64,000 bases of DNA from Escherichia coli. Its GTDB lineage: Bacteria; Pseudomonadota; Gammaproteobacteria; Enterobacterales; Enterobacteriaceae. The translations under genes and the position numbers were made by a program. The stretch is taken from assembly GCF_017348835.2 (NCBI RefSeq), contig NZ_CP071375.1; one strand, given 5' to 3'. The notes below the pieces were generated by a model, which was given only the letters and a program-made list of their open reading frames with translations, was not told where the DNA came from and searched no databases. Positions 22,316 to 32,780 of this stretch are shown piece after piece. How positions within the stretch are numbered: the stretch's first letter is position 1; every line of letters starts with the position of its first letter.

Positions 22316-22426
22316 TGTTCTTTCTTTTTTTGTTTTTTATTTTTTTATTTTCTCTTTTTCTTCTCTTTCCGGTTCTCTTCTTTTTCTGGTTTTGGTTTTT
22401 TCCTTTTTTATTTTTATTCTTTCTTC
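22316..22426. repeat. ~110-nt homopyrimidine (T/C-rich) low-complexity tract
   Basis: About 90% pyrimidine on the top strand by eye; no plausible coding frame. Confidence 0.7.
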
Positions 22427-22475
22427 AGGGTTGTGATCAAACACACCAAAACATTTTCGCCACAAAAGCGTTAAT

Positions 22476-22511
22476 TTCATCCTGCCAGACCATTCACTTT
22501 CACCGGATACA
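22476..22511. repeat. Right att-like imperfect direct repeat (ttcatcctgcc..N16..ccggataca)
   Basis: Partner of 13051-13087; a further partial copy (caccggatacac) at 22065-22076. Confidence 0.5.
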
Positions 22512-22572
22512 CAGCCGGATATAATCCCGCTAACACCCAGCCACCCAGCATCACGCCTGATAACTACCGTAT

Positions 22573-23976
22573 TCAGGAAGGAAATGCGAGTGATTTCACC
22601 GTCACCGGCACAACCGATCCGCCAAAAAGAGGCGTACCAATGTCGATATAGTCCCCCGCGCGGACAATCACTTCGTCAATGACTGCCAACGGGAGTTGTT
22701 GTAGCTGTGGGCGCAACAACATGCCCAGAGCTTTACCAAAGTCCTGCCCGGCCACCACCAGCAGGGGATGCGGATTCGGAAAACGCGCGACGAAATCGAC
22801 CAACGCGTTGATGACCGTCAGTACCGCGGCGTAACGCACAGGCAGCGAGGCGGGAAGCGCCAGCACGTACGCGTCAGTTTTGGGATCAAGATCCAGCTGA
22901 ATCAGCGCCTGTTGCCAGGCACTCACCAGATCCGTTTCATCAATCGGGATCGCCACCGGCAAATTGCGCAGCGGCAGTTGTACGCCCTCCAGCCAGATTG
23001 TGCTGCCAGAGAGCGAAAGGGTATGTGCACCCGCGCCAATCACCGTGGCGCGTACGGTTTGCGCCGGAAACTGCACGTTCATCTCACGCAGGCGCGGATG
23101 GTCATGCAGCGCCGTTGCCAGAAGCGGGCCAATATCGGCAAAACAGAACGGGTCGGCGGGCTGGTGGCGATAACATTCGCCCACGCCGCCAGAAAGCGTA
23201 ATGATTTCGGGCGTAACACCTGCGGGCAGCAAACCGGTTTGCATTAATGCCTGCGCGAGCGGCGAAAGCGTTCCGTCAATCACTTCGACAATCAGCTCTG
23301 CCATCCGCCAGGTAACCTGCACCAGCTGCGCGCCGGTCAGCGAACGGGCGTCGGTGCCTGCGCCGAAGCACTCATCCACAATCATCTGCCCCGGTTTATG
23401 AGCGTAAACCACGCGCCCCTGGCTGTCGGTTTCCAGCAGGCGACCACCGACGTTGAGGCAGGCAGTGCCGCTGATTTTTCCGGCATCGAACAGGGCGTAG
23501 TTCGCGGTGCCACCGCCGATGTCGATATTCAGTACCCGACACAGCCGTTGTTCAGAAAGGGTTTGCGCCCCGGCACCGTGACCGGCGATCACGGATTCGA
23601 GGTGCGGCCCGGCGCTGGCGACGACAAAATCGCCCAGCGACTGAGAGAGCGCCATCACCGCCGGGCGAGCATTGCGGGTTTTCGCGCTTTCACCGGTGAT
23701 GATGATGGCACCAGAATCAACGCTTTCCGGCGCAATGCCCGCAGCCTGATATTGCTCTAAAATCAGCGATTTCAGTTCCGCTTCTTTTAAACCACCCTGT
23801 TTATCGACAGGGGTAAAGAACACCGGGCTTTGCCAGCTAATTTCGCGTTTGATGAATTCGTAGCGCGGCACCTGCGACACCGCCGCACGGTTAACCAGTT
23901 CCAGGTGGGAGAAAATCACCTGGGTGGTGGTGGTGCCGATATCGATACCGACGCTCAGTAGCTGGCGAGTGTTCAC
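22573..23976 (-). CDS. eutA: Ethanolamine ammonia-lyase reactivating factor
   Basis: 467-aa ORF; conserved eut order. Confidence 0.92.
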   Translation of the reverse strand: MNTRQLLSVGIDIGTTTTQVIFSHLELVNRAAVSQVPRYEFIKREISWQSPVFFTPVDKQGGLKEAELKSLILEQYQAAGIAPESVDSGAIIITGESAKTRNARPAVMALSQSLGDFVVASAGPHLESVIAGHGAGAQTLSEQRLCRVLNIDIGGGTANYALFDAGKISGTACLNVGGRLLETDSQGRVVYAHKPGQMIVDECFGAGTDARSLTGAQLVQVTWRMAELIVEVIDGTLSPLAQALMQTGLLPAGVTPEIITLSGGVGECYRHQPADPFCFADIGPLLATALHDHPRLREMNVQFPAQTVRATVIGAGAHTLSLSGSTIWLEGVQLPLRNLPVAIPIDETDLVSAWQQALIQLDLDPKTDAYVLALPASLPVRYAAVLTVINALVDFVARFPNPHPLLVVAGQDFGKALGMLLRPQLQQLPLAVIDEVIVRAGDYIDIGTPLFGGSVVPVTVKSLAFPS

Positions 23977-25199
23977 GATTGTGCCTCCGCTTCGGTTTTA
24001 GCCGCGGTCGCGTCGTCTTTTGGCACCAGCATCATCGCCACGCCAATCGCCGTTACGCCGCCGATCAACTTGCCGACAATCATCGGGAAGATCATGGCAT
24101 TCATGTTGGCAGCGGCGAAGCCTAAGTGGTCGCCCAGGGCGAAAGCAGCGGAAACGGCGAAGGCGCAGTTGATGACTTTGCCGCGGGTATCCATCTGCTT
24201 CATCATGCCGAACATCGGGATGTTGTTGGCAAGCGTTGCCACCATGCCGGCTGCCGCGATGTTGTTCATATTCAGCACTTTACCGACGCTCATCAGCGGT
24301 TTTTCAAACCAGCGGGTCAGCAGCAGCACCATTGGATACGCCCCTAACAGAACGCAGGAGATAGAACCGATAACTTCAATGGCGCGCATCACCTCACCGG
24401 GTTTATCGCCAGGGGCCATAAAGATAGGATCCAGACCGGGGATCAGTTCCCAGCCAAGCAGGAATTTCACTACCGCAGCGGCAAGACCGAGGGTGATCAA
24501 TGCAACGAGGAATTTGGCGAAGATCTGGAAGCCGTTGATCATTTTTTCCGGGATGAATTTCAGCCCCAGCGCCACCAGAATCGCAACAATGATCACCGGG
24601 ATCATGTTCATCAGGATCAGGGCGAAAGTGAATTCCACCGGCTGGCCGTTGATCTGAACACCGGAGTACATAGCTACCAGACCACCAGCGATACAACCAA
24701 TCGGAATGGTCACAATGCCCGCCAGCACGCCGAGCGCCAGATAACGACGGTCAGAAGGTTCGATAATGCCGAGCGCCACCGGAATGGAAAACACAATCGT
24801 TGGCCCCATCATCGACCCGAGAATTAACCCAGAGTATAGCCACGCTGCTACGTCGCCGCCCGCCAGCTCTTTGGCGAGGAAGAAGCCGCCCATATCGCAC
24901 GCCAGCAGCGTTCCGGCGAACATTGACGGGTTTGCGCCGAGCATTTCGTAAACCGGGATAATTACCGGCCCGAGTACGTGAGCCAGTACCGGTGCCAGCG
25001 CGGTCATACCGACCATCGCCAGACCCAGAGCGCCCATTGCCATAAAGCCTTCTTCGAACTGACCGCCTGATCCTTCGATACTTTTACCGAACTTACCGAG
25101 GAAACGAGCAGAACCGCCGAACTGTGACAGGATCCTGTCTACGGCAGCTATCAGCATAAAGAACATCATGATGTACATGATGATTTCGTTAATTCCCAT
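23973..25199 (-). CDS. eutH: Ethanolamine permease
   Basis: 408-aa polytopic membrane ORF. Confidence 0.92.
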   Translation of the reverse strand: MGINEIIMYIMMFFMLIAAVDRILSQFGGSARFLGKFGKSIEGSGGQFEEGFMAMGALGLAMVGMTALAPVLAHVLGPVIIPVYEMLGANPSMFAGTLLACDMGGFFLAKELAGGDVAAWLYSGLILGSMMGPTIVFSIPVALGIIEPSDRRYLALGVLAGIVTIPIGCIAGGLVAMYSGVQINGQPVEFTFALILMNMIPVIIVAILVALGLKFIPEKMINGFQIFAKFLVALITLGLAAAVVKFLLGWELIPGLDPIFMAPGDKPGEVMRAIEVIGSISCVLLGAYPMVLLLTRWFEKPLMSVGKVLNMNNIAAAGMVATLANNIPMFGMMKQMDTRGKVINCAFAVSAAFALGDHLGFAAANMNAMIFPMIVGKLIGGVTAIGVAMMLVPKDDATAAKTEAEAQS

Positions 25200-25231
25200 C
25201 GCCTTTACTCCCTGTTAGTTGTTATTTATTA

Positions 25232-25296
25232 GCGGATGCTGCGTGAAGCCTTATCCGCACTACATGTGCAATCCCACAGACCGGATAAGACGCGGC
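25232..25296. repeat. REP-like palindromic element between eutH and eutG
   Basis: gcggatgctgcgtgaagccttatccgc...gaccggataagacgcgg. Confidence 0.4.
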
Positions 25297-25298
25297 AT

Positions 25299-26486
25299 TT
25301 ATTGCGCCGCCGCGTACAGGCCGACAATCTGTTCCAGGCTGGCGGTACGCGGGTTGCTGCGCAGACAAATATCTTCCTGCGCGGCCTGCGCCCATGCACC
25401 GTAATGCGCAGATGTCGCGCCAACATCGCCCAGTCGTTTACCAATCCCAACTTCCGCAATCAGCTCACTTACCGCGTTAATAGCGTCACGATCGTCGGAT
25501 TTTTTAGTTCGCAGTGCCCGACCAATCTGACTAAAGCGTTCGCGACATACCATCCGGTTAAACTCCATCACCGTTGGCAGCAACATAGCGTTCGCCAGAC
25601 CGTGCGGAATATGCAGCGCCGCGCCCGGCTGATGCGCCATCGCGTGGCACAACCCAAGACCCGCACTGGAAAACGCCATTCCCGCCATACATGAAGCCAG
25701 CAACATGCTCTCGCGCGCGGCAAGGTCGTGACCGTAGCCCACCGCTTTCGGCAGCGATTTGCCAATCATCGCAATGGCACCAATCGCCAGACTGTCGGTA
25801 AACGGTGTAGCGTTCAGGGCGCTGTATGCTTCAATGGCATGGGTTAACGCATCAATGCCGGTCATCGCCGTGACATGCGACGGCACACCTTCGGTCAATG
25901 CGGCGTCGAGGATCGCCACATCCGGCATCAGCGAGGCATGGGCTAACACCTGCTTGCGCCCGCTCACCGCGTCGATAATCACCGTTACATTGGTGGTTTC
26001 AGAGCCGGTTCCGGCGGTAGTTGGAATGGCAATCAGCGGCAAGCGCGGTTGCAGAACGCTGGTTTCTGACATCTCTGCCAGCGTGCTATCCGGGTTCGTC
26101 ACCAGCAACGCCACGGCTTTCGCCGCATCCAGCACCGAGCCGCCGCCAAATGCGATCACCCCGTCACAACCTGACTCACGCAACTGCGCCACGGCTGCAC
26201 ACACGTCGGTAATGCACGGTTCGCCCACCGGACATGGCCAGAGCGTCATGGCGATACCTTTAACGGCCAGGCTACGCGTCAGCCCGGCGGTCATCCCTGC
26301 CTGATGCAAAAAGCTGTCTGCCATCACGAACAGATGTTTCAGCCCACGCGTTTGCGCTTGCTGTCCGCAACTGCTCACCGAGCCCGGACCGCAAAGCGTC
26401 ACCGGTGGAACGCTAAATGTTTTTACCCGTTGCAGATTCAGGGTATCGAACGCCTGAAAGAGCGCGGTCTGCAATTCATTTTGCAT
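25299..26486 (-). CDS. eutG: Iron-containing alcohol dehydrogenase
   Basis: ORF trimmed to ATG 26484-26486 (MQNELQTALF...); 395 aa. Confidence 0.9.
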   Translation of the reverse strand: MQNELQTALFQAFDTLNLQRVKTFSVPPVTLCGPGSVSSCGQQAQTRGLKHLFVMADSFLHQAGMTAGLTRSLAVKGIAMTLWPCPVGEPCITDVCAAVAQLRESGCDGVIAFGGGSVLDAAKAVALLVTNPDSTLAEMSETSVLQPRLPLIAIPTTAGTGSETTNVTVIIDAVSGRKQVLAHASLMPDVAILDAALTEGVPSHVTAMTGIDALTHAIEAYSALNATPFTDSLAIGAIAMIGKSLPKAVGYGHDLAARESMLLASCMAGMAFSSAGLGLCHAMAHQPGAALHIPHGLANAMLLPTVMEFNRMVCRERFSQIGRALRTKKSDDRDAINAVSELIAEVGIGKRLGDVGATSAHYGAWAQAAQEDICLRSNPRTASLEQIVGLYAAAQ

Positions 26487-27312
26487 ATAGCCCCTCCGCT
26501 TTCTCTCGCCCACTACTGGCGATTGCCAGCGGGGTCATAAACAAACTGTGCTGCGGTAAATGCACCTGTAACGCCGGGAATTGTTTGCGAAACAGTTCCG
26601 CCACGCCCGGTTGCATACAAGAGCCGCCCGCCAGCCATAAATCAGTAATGCCCTGCCCTTCAATATGCCGGGCGACAATGTCCGCCATTTTTTCGTACAC
26701 CGGTTTCACCGCAGGCCAAATCTCTTCACCGTGACCGCGCTTGTACTGCTCCGCCTCTTCCAGCGAAATACGGCGATTTCCGGCGAGAGTCAGAGAGATG
26801 TGATGTCCGCCGGTGGCTTCATCCGCCGAGTACGTCACTTTGCCCTTTTTCACGATGGCAATGCCGGTAGTGCCACCGCCGATATCCACTACGCCTGCGT
26901 TATCCAGTTGCAGTAGATCCGCGACTGCGGTTGGCTCATCCAGCACATGGCTCACTTCCAGCCCGGCAGACTCCAGCACGTTGATGGAAATACGCGGGTC
27001 CGTACCTGGAGGAAATGAAGTCGCCGCATGGCTAAAACGACGACCGAATTGCTGCTCGAGCGTGTCGAGATGGCGACGAACAATGGTGACCGCGCCGAAG
27101 AAATCCCAGACGATGCCGTCGCGGACCACATCGGCCCAGTCGAGGCATACCGCCACCGGCTGACCGTCGCGGTCGACAACCATCGACACCACATCGCAGG
27201 TGCCCAGATCCACCCCCAGCCACAGCGGAGATTCCGTCGCGGCGGGCGTCTGGTTACACAGCGTTGCCGCCGTTTGCAGACGTGGGGTGAGCCATTGTTC
27301 GTCGTGCGCCAT
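26476..27312 (-). CDS. eutJ: Hsp70/actin-fold chaperone-like protein EutJ
   Basis: 278-aa ORF. Confidence 0.9.
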   Translation of the reverse strand: MAHDEQWLTPRLQTAATLCNQTPAATESPLWLGVDLGTCDVVSMVVDRDGQPVAVCLDWADVVRDGIVWDFFGAVTIVRRHLDTLEQQFGRRFSHAATSFPPGTDPRISINVLESAGLEVSHVLDEPTAVADLLQLDNAGVVDIGGGTTGIAIVKKGKVTYSADEATGGHHISLTLAGNRRISLEEAEQYKRGHGEEIWPAVKPVYEKMADIVARHIEGQGITDLWLAGGSCMQPGVAELFRKQFPALQVHLPQHSLFMTPLAIASSGREKAEGLYAK

Positions 27313-27322
27313 CTGTTACTCC

Positions 27323-28726
27323 TTAAACAATGCGAAACGCATCGACTAATACACAGCGACGCAGACGGACAAACGTACGCGCGCTGGTTACCCCTTCACC
27401 GGTTGGCGTGGTGATGGTCATGGTGGTCCAGCCTTCCCCGCCCAGCCCCAGCCCGGCAATGCACGGTCCGTTCTTAACGAAAATGCTGGTATCAATGGCA
27501 TTCGCCATCTGGTTCATGTTCTCGATATTGCGCGAGTGCATTGCCGCCGTGTGGTGGCAACCGCCTTCCAGTTTCACCGCCAGCGCAATGGCATCCGCCA
27601 CGTTGGCGACGCGCACGACGGGCAACACCGGCATCATCAGTTCAGTCACGGCAAACGGATGTTCTGCGGTGGTTTCTACAAACAGCAATCGCGTTTGTTC
27701 CGGAACTTTAAGGCCGATTGCCGCCGCGATTTTGCCTGCATCGCGACCTACCCAGTCACGGCTGACGGTACCTTTTCCGCGCTCGTCGATATTTTTCAGC
27801 AACACCGGTTGCAATTGCTGCGCCTGCTCTGCGGTCAGTTTCACCGCGTGCTGGCCTTCCATCAGACGCATCAGTTCATCGGCTACGCTATCAACAACAA
27901 TCAGTACCTTTTCGTCGGCACAAATGATGTTGTTATCGAAAGACGCGCCTTTAACGATGGACTGAGCAGCACGGGCGAGGTCAGCGGTTTCATCCACCAC
28001 TACCGGCGGGTTGCCAGCGCCTGCGGCAATCAGACGTTTATTGGTGTGTTTACGCGCCGCTTCTACTACCGCTTCGCCGCCGGTCACCACCAGCAGGCCG
28101 ATGCCCGGAAACTTGAACAAGCGTTGCGCGGTTTCGATATCCGGATTTGCCACAGTAACCAGTAAGTTTTCCGGCCCACCTGCGGCAACAATCGCCTGGT
28201 TGAGCAGCGTAATCGCCCGCTGGGAGACTTTTTTCGCCGCCGGATGCGGGGCAAAAATGACGCTGTTGCCCGCGGCAATCAGGCTGATGGCGTTGTTAAT
28301 TACGGTTGCCGCCGGGTTAGTGGACGGCGTCACCGAAGCCACCACGCCCCAGGGTGCGTTTTCAATTAGGGTCAGGCCGTTGTCGCCAGTCAGCACTTGC
28401 GGAGAGAGGTACTCAACGCCTGGTGTGCCGCGCGCCTGAGCGACGTTTTTTGCAAATTTATCTTCAACGCGCCCCATGCCGGTTTCACTGACGGCAAGTT
28501 CCGCTAAATCTCTGGCGTGTTTTTCGCCTGCTTCACGAATGGCAGCAATGGCTAACTGGCGCATTGCCACGCTCTTTAACCCTTGCTGGGCGACTTTGGC
28601 TGCCGCAACGGCGTCATCCAGGGACGCGAAAACGCCCATCTCATGAACGGCGGCGGGCGGCGTGTCACTGCTTTGCATTTTCAGCAGTACCGCTTTCACC
28701 ACCTGTTCAATATCCTGTTGATTCAT
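27323..28726 (-). CDS. eutE: CoA-acylating acetaldehyde dehydrogenase
   Basis: 467-aa aldehyde dehydrogenase-family ORF. Confidence 0.92.
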   Translation of the reverse strand: MNQQDIEQVVKAVLLKMQSSDTPPAAVHEMGVFASLDDAVAAAKVAQQGLKSVAMRQLAIAAIREAGEKHARDLAELAVSETGMGRVEDKFAKNVAQARGTPGVEYLSPQVLTGDNGLTLIENAPWGVVASVTPSTNPAATVINNAISLIAAGNSVIFAPHPAAKKVSQRAITLLNQAIVAAGGPENLLVTVANPDIETAQRLFKFPGIGLLVVTGGEAVVEAARKHTNKRLIAAGAGNPPVVVDETADLARAAQSIVKGASFDNNIICADEKVLIVVDSVADELMRLMEGQHAVKLTAEQAQQLQPVLLKNIDERGKGTVSRDWVGRDAGKIAAAIGLKVPEQTRLLFVETTAEHPFAVTELMMPVLPVVRVANVADAIALAVKLEGGCHHTAAMHSRNIENMNQMANAIDTSIFVKNGPCIAGLGLGGEGWTTMTITTPTGEGVTSARTFVRLRRCVLVDAFRIV

Positions 28727-28737
28727 GATGTTCTGCC

Positions 28738-29025
28738 TTATTTGTGGAAAATTACCTGACCGCCAGACACCACCTCATCGACAATGCCAATCACGCACAG
28801 ATCGACCGGTGACGTTTCGCTTTTATGCGCCTGGCGGGCGGAACTGCCACTCACCAGTAACACCCACTCCCCGGTTCCCGCGCCAATATTGTCGATGGCG
28901 ACGGCGCATTGCCCGTCAGGATTACCTTGTGGATCAATCATTTCCACCATCAGCAATTTGTCATGCGCCAGTCCGTGATGGCGTACGGTACAAACAATTT
29001 GTCCAGTGACGACTGCCAGTTTCAT
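28738..29025 (-). CDS. eutN: Microcompartment vertex protein EutN
   Basis: 95-aa ORF. Confidence 0.9.
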   Translation of the reverse strand: MKLAVVTGQIVCTVRHHGLAHDKLLMVEMIDPQGNPDGQCAVAIDNIGAGTGEWVLLVSGSSARQAHKSETSPVDLCVIGIVDEVVSGGQVIFHK

Positions 29026-29131
29026 ACCCGCCTCCGTGGCGTATTTCAGGTAAAAGCTCCCCCTACCCTCCGCGGAAGGTAAAATGAAAAATGAGAGAGC
29101 GTGACGCCCGAATCGACGTCACACAGGGTGA

Positions 29132-29425
29132 TTACAGGTTGCTGCTATCGCCTTTCAGGCCGATCGGGAACACTTCTTCCAGGTCGCCGTGCGGACGCGG
29201 GATAACGTGTACAGATACCAGCTCGCCGATACGCTGTGCCGCTGCGGCACCGGCATCGGTCGCCGCTTTACAGGCTGCAACATCACCACGAACCATGGCA
29301 GTACACAGGCCGCCGCCAATCTGCTTAACACCAACCAGCTTGACGCGCGCCGCTTTCACCATCGCGTCAGAAGCCTCAATCAGTGCAACCAGGCCCCGGG
29401 TTTCGATCATTCCTAATGCTTCCAT
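29132..29425 (-). CDS. eutM: Microcompartment shell protein EutM
   Basis: ORF trimmed to ATG 29423-29425 ([11 protein letters not shown]...); 97 aa BMC domain. Confidence 0.9.
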   Translation of the reverse strand: MEALGMIETRGLVALIEASDAMVKAARVKLVGVKQIGGGLCTAMVRGDVAACKAATDAGAAAAQRIGELVSVHVIPRPHGDLEEVFPIGLKGDSSNL

Positions 29426-29463
29426 TGTGCTTTCCTCTTTATCAGGGTCCAGAACGGGACCGT

Positions 29464-30480
29464 TCATTCAACCAGTGTTTGTAAACTGCTTTCGCGGTTC
29501 ATTTCTGTCTGACGCGGCACAGCTGCCACCAGCGCCAGCTCGATAATTTCCTGCACGCTACAACCACGAGAGAGATCGTGCATCGGCGCGGCAAGTCCTT
29601 GTATCAATGGCCCGACGGCACGATATCCGCCGAGTCGTTGTGCGATTTTGTAGCCAATATTTCCGGCTTCCAGCGACGGAAAAACCATCACATTGGCCTT
29701 GCCCTGTAGCGGGCTGGCAGGCGCTTTTTGCGCCGCCACTTCCGGCACGAAGGCGGCGTCAAACTGCAACTCGCCATCGACTACCAGCTTTGGTGCGCGC
29801 TCACGGACGATTTCTGTCGCCTGCTGGACATTGGCAACGCAGGGGTGACGGGCGCTACCGTTACTGGAAAACGACAGCATCGCCACGCGCGGCTCTTCTC
29901 CGGTGATGGCGCGCCAGGTTTCGGCGCTGGCAAGCGCGATATCCGCCAGCTGCGCCGCCGTCGGCTGTGGTACCACGCTGCAATCGGCAAAGCCCAACGC
30001 CGGACCGCTGTACTGTGGCAGCATCAGGAAAATGGATGAGAGCGTTTTACAGCCTGGCTGCAAGCCGATAATGCGTAATCCGGCACGCAGCACATTCGCC
30101 GTGGAAGAGAGGTTGCCCGCGATACAGACATCCGCTTTACCGGCGCTGACCATTGCGGCGGCGAACATCAGCGGATCGGTAAGTTTTTCCAGCGCATCCG
30201 GCGGCGTTTTTTCGCCCGCGCGGGCCAGCCAGCGATGAGCAAATTCTTCCCGCATTGCGAGGTTGCCATGCGGATCAATAACCTGTAGCCCGTCCATCGC
30301 TACGCCATGACTGAGCGCAAACTGACGAAGTTCAAACGGATTGGCGACCAGAATGGGCGTTGCCAGACCTTGTTGATGTAAATATTGCGCAGCTTTCAGC
30401 ACACGTTGATCTAACGCATCCGGAAAAACCACTCTGGCGGGCGCTCGCAACGCCAGTTCACGACAACGTTCAATAATCAT
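29464..30480 (-). CDS. eutD: Phosphotransacetylase
   Basis: 338-aa ORF. Confidence 0.92.
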   Translation of the reverse strand: MIIERCRELALRAPARVVFPDALDQRVLKAAQYLHQQGLATPILVANPFELRQFALSHGVAMDGLQVIDPHGNLAMREEFAHRWLARAGEKTPPDALEKLTDPLMFAAAMVSAGKADVCIAGNLSSTANVLRAGLRIIGLQPGCKTLSSIFLMLPQYSGPALGFADCSVVPQPTAAQLADIALASAETWRAITGEEPRVAMLSFSSNGSARHPCVANVQQATEIVRERAPKLVVDGELQFDAAFVPEVAAQKAPASPLQGKANVMVFPSLEAGNIGYKIAQRLGGYRAVGPLIQGLAAPMHDLSRGCSVQEIIELALVAAVPRQTEMNRESSLQTLVE

Positions 30481-31280
30481 TGCGTTTCCCCCAGTCGTTG
30501 TTGGATCTGCTTCACCGTTAGCGGCTGCTTCGTTACGCTCAGGATCATCATCACGTAGACCGTGCTCGAAAGGCGGTTCAGCGCCTGCAAGATGTCCGGG
30601 CGTAATACTTCAAAGCTGCGGGTGATAAACACCTGCGCCGCTACGGTTTCGGTTTCCCGCACTTTGGTGCGTAGCAGATTGAGCAACGCAGCATCGCGCC
30701 CGTGGCTGGCTTCCGGCACCAGATGATCGTGGTCGAGATAGCGCAGCGGCTGATGAGAAAGCCGATGCAGATCTTCGTCAGAAAGCCCGACAATCGCTTG
30801 ATCGCCCAGCGGTTCCCCCAGCGCATCGGCACGCATAATGTTGCCAAGACGCGAACGGATATCCGCCAGCCACGGCTGCCACGGTTCCGCCAGTTCAATT
30901 TGCAGCCACACTGCCAGCGCAATGGTGCTGTCGAGAACCGCGCGAAAACCCAGACGCGGATCGCTTTTGGCGACCATTTTTTCCGCCGACAGGTGAGTCA
31001 GCGTATCCGGCTTTTTTGCCACCGGCTGGCGGCACAGTTCGCAGCACGCCTGCGGATGTTCATCGCTGCTGGTCAGCCCATGAACGGGCTGCGGCTGCTG
31101 CTGTTCATCGTCAACAAACAGGCGGCCCTGCTCGTCAATAAACTTGATGCGCAGATGGCGGCTTTCCAGTAACTCCCGGGCAGAGGGCGTCAGGCGACTG
31201 TCCGCAGGGAGATGGATCTCTGCGCCTTCGCTGAGCGTATGGTTCGCTCTTAGCCATGCTTCGGTGATGAAATCTTTCAT
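30477..31280 (-). CDS. eutT: Cob(I)alamin adenosyltransferase EutT
   Basis: 267-aa ORF. Confidence 0.9.
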   Translation of the reverse strand: MKDFITEAWLRANHTLSEGAEIHLPADSRLTPSARELLESRHLRIKFIDEQGRLFVDDEQQQPQPVHGLTSSDEHPQACCELCRQPVAKKPDTLTHLSAEKMVAKSDPRLGFRAVLDSTIALAVWLQIELAEPWQPWLADIRSRLGNIMRADALGEPLGDQAIVGLSDEDLHRLSHQPLRYLDHDHLVPEASHGRDAALLNLLRTKVRETETVAAQVFITRSFEVLRPDILQALNRLSSTVYVMMILSVTKQPLTVKQIQQRLGETQ

Positions 31281-31978
31281 AGGGATTGCCAGTTAGCCGG
31301 CCAGGCGACATACAGGAATTTCACGCTGGATGTCGTACCAAATTCGATGCTGGAGCCTTTCGGGATAAACATCACGTCACCCGCTTTGGCGATCATGGTT
31401 TCGCCTTCGTGGCGAACATGCAGCTCCCCTTCCAGCACCATGTCGATTTCGTCGTAGTTCAGGGTCCACGGGAAGAATGCGTTCTCCCACTGCATAAAAC
31501 CGGCGGCCATGCTGCTGCCGTCGTCTCCGGTCACAAGATCAGTCAAGCCCACGCAATGCGGTTGTGCGCCATCAAAACGACCAAACTTGACGCTGCTGCC
31601 ATCAATCACTTTGATGCCGCCTTTGCCGGTCACCGATTTGAAGCTCGGCAGCATTGCGCCCTGCTCCAGCGACTGTTTTTCCTTCATCACTTTTTCCATC
31701 AGCTGCGCGACCAGGCTTTCGGTAAACTGGCCTTCCGGCAGCTGGGCAATGATGGTTTCGCGGATGCGCTGGCTTTCGGTTTTATCGGCTGGCACGCTGG
31801 CGGGAACAGACGCCGTTACCGGGATCGATTCATCACATTCGGTGATGGTAAAACCCAGTAGATCCGCCACTTCACGGGCTTCCGGGGTAATAATGCTGGC
31901 GCGCAGAACCACGGACATTGCCTGTTCGCCGCGCGCGTGTGCTTCACGAATATCATTCGCTGTGATGAGTTTTTTCAC
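31277..31978 (-). CDS. eutQ: Cupin-fold protein EutQ
   Basis: 233-aa ORF. Confidence 0.9.
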   Translation of the reverse strand: MKKLITANDIREAHARGEQAMSVVLRASIITPEAREVADLLGFTITECDESIPVTASVPASVPADKTESQRIRETIIAQLPEGQFTESLVAQLMEKVMKEKQSLEQGAMLPSFKSVTGKGGIKVIDGSSVKFGRFDGAQPHCVGLTDLVTGDDGSSMAAGFMQWENAFFPWTLNYDEIDMVLEGELHVRHEGETMIAKAGDVMFIPKGSSIEFGTTSSVKFLYVAWPANWQSL

Positions 31979-32432
31979 CTGCTTCCTCCTGTTTGGTGAG
32001 AGATGCCAGATAATCCACCAGTTGCTGCACGCTTTGCGGGTCGTGGCTGTTTAGCTCGAAAATCGGCTCTTCGAAGCCCGTCTCAAGCAATAACTTTCGC
32101 GTTGCGGCGACGTCAGCATCTGGCATGTCCGTTTTACTGATGACGGCGATTTGCCGTTTGCTGACGCCAATATCCAGCAACCCGGCAGGCAACCGACTTT
32201 CCGGGTCATTCGCGCCGTGGACATAGATCAGCATGTCCACATCCTGTAGCGTGGTAATTAAGGCGTGATACCAGCGGGGATGGCTAAAATATTCACCCGG
32301 CGTATCAATATCGCCCTTATCATTAAATTCCACGGCCTGTGTTTTTCTGGCGAGGGTATAATTCCCCTGCAACGCATTAAATAACGTTGTTTTTCCTGCC
32401 CCGACGGTACCCACAAACGCAATTCGTTTCAT
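31953..32432 (-). CDS. eutP: P-loop NTPase EutP
   Basis: 159-aa ORF with Walker A GTVGAGKTT. Confidence 0.9.
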   Translation of the reverse strand: MKRIAFVGTVGAGKTTLFNALQGNYTLARKTQAVEFNDKGDIDTPGEYFSHPRWYHALITTLQDVDMLIYVHGANDPESRLPAGLLDIGVSKRQIAVISKTDMPDADVAATRKLLLETGFEEPIFELNSHDPQSVQQLVDYLASLTKQEEAGEKTHHSE

Positions 32433-32444
32433 GAATGCCTCGTA

Positions 32445-32780
32445 TTAACTTTTGGTCATTTCACAAAGCGTATAATTTAATAAGCGACCTAAACCGCTGA
32501 CGGTTTGTGATAACGCTTCTTCTACTGCGCCCACCGAGCCATAAATCACCAATGCACCACTGAAGCGGTCGAGAAAACCGATATGCACATCAGCGGCTTT
32601 CAATGCTAAATCACCGGCGATCATCGCCGTTTCGCCAGGAGTTAGCGTCATAATGCCAATTGCGCCCGCATCCGGAACGCCGATTTTCTTCGCCAGTTCC
32701 TCGCCGGGATGCGCGATGAGATGCGCCAGCGTGACCTGTTTGCCGGGCACAAATTCCTGAATGATGCGTTCTTTATCCAT
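32445..32780 (-). CDS. eutS: Microcompartment shell protein EutS
   Basis: ORF trimmed to ATG 32778-32780 ([10 protein letters not shown]...); 111 aa. Confidence 0.88.

Larger units (their letters stand above)
13051..22511. mobile_element. Integrase-bearing prophage remnant / genomic island inserted between eutB and eutA (same locus as K-12 CPZ-55)
   Basis: Integrase at left end, AlpA-like regulator, orphan tape-measure-like gene, AT-rich cargo; imperfect direct repeats at 13051-13087 and 22476-22511. Confidence 0.8.

Noticed and set aside
22217-22524. Two overlapping plus-strand ORFs (85 and 100 aa) with Phe/Leu/Ser-rich translations
   Set aside because: They are translations of the homopyrimidine tract; low-complexity artefact, not credible proteins.
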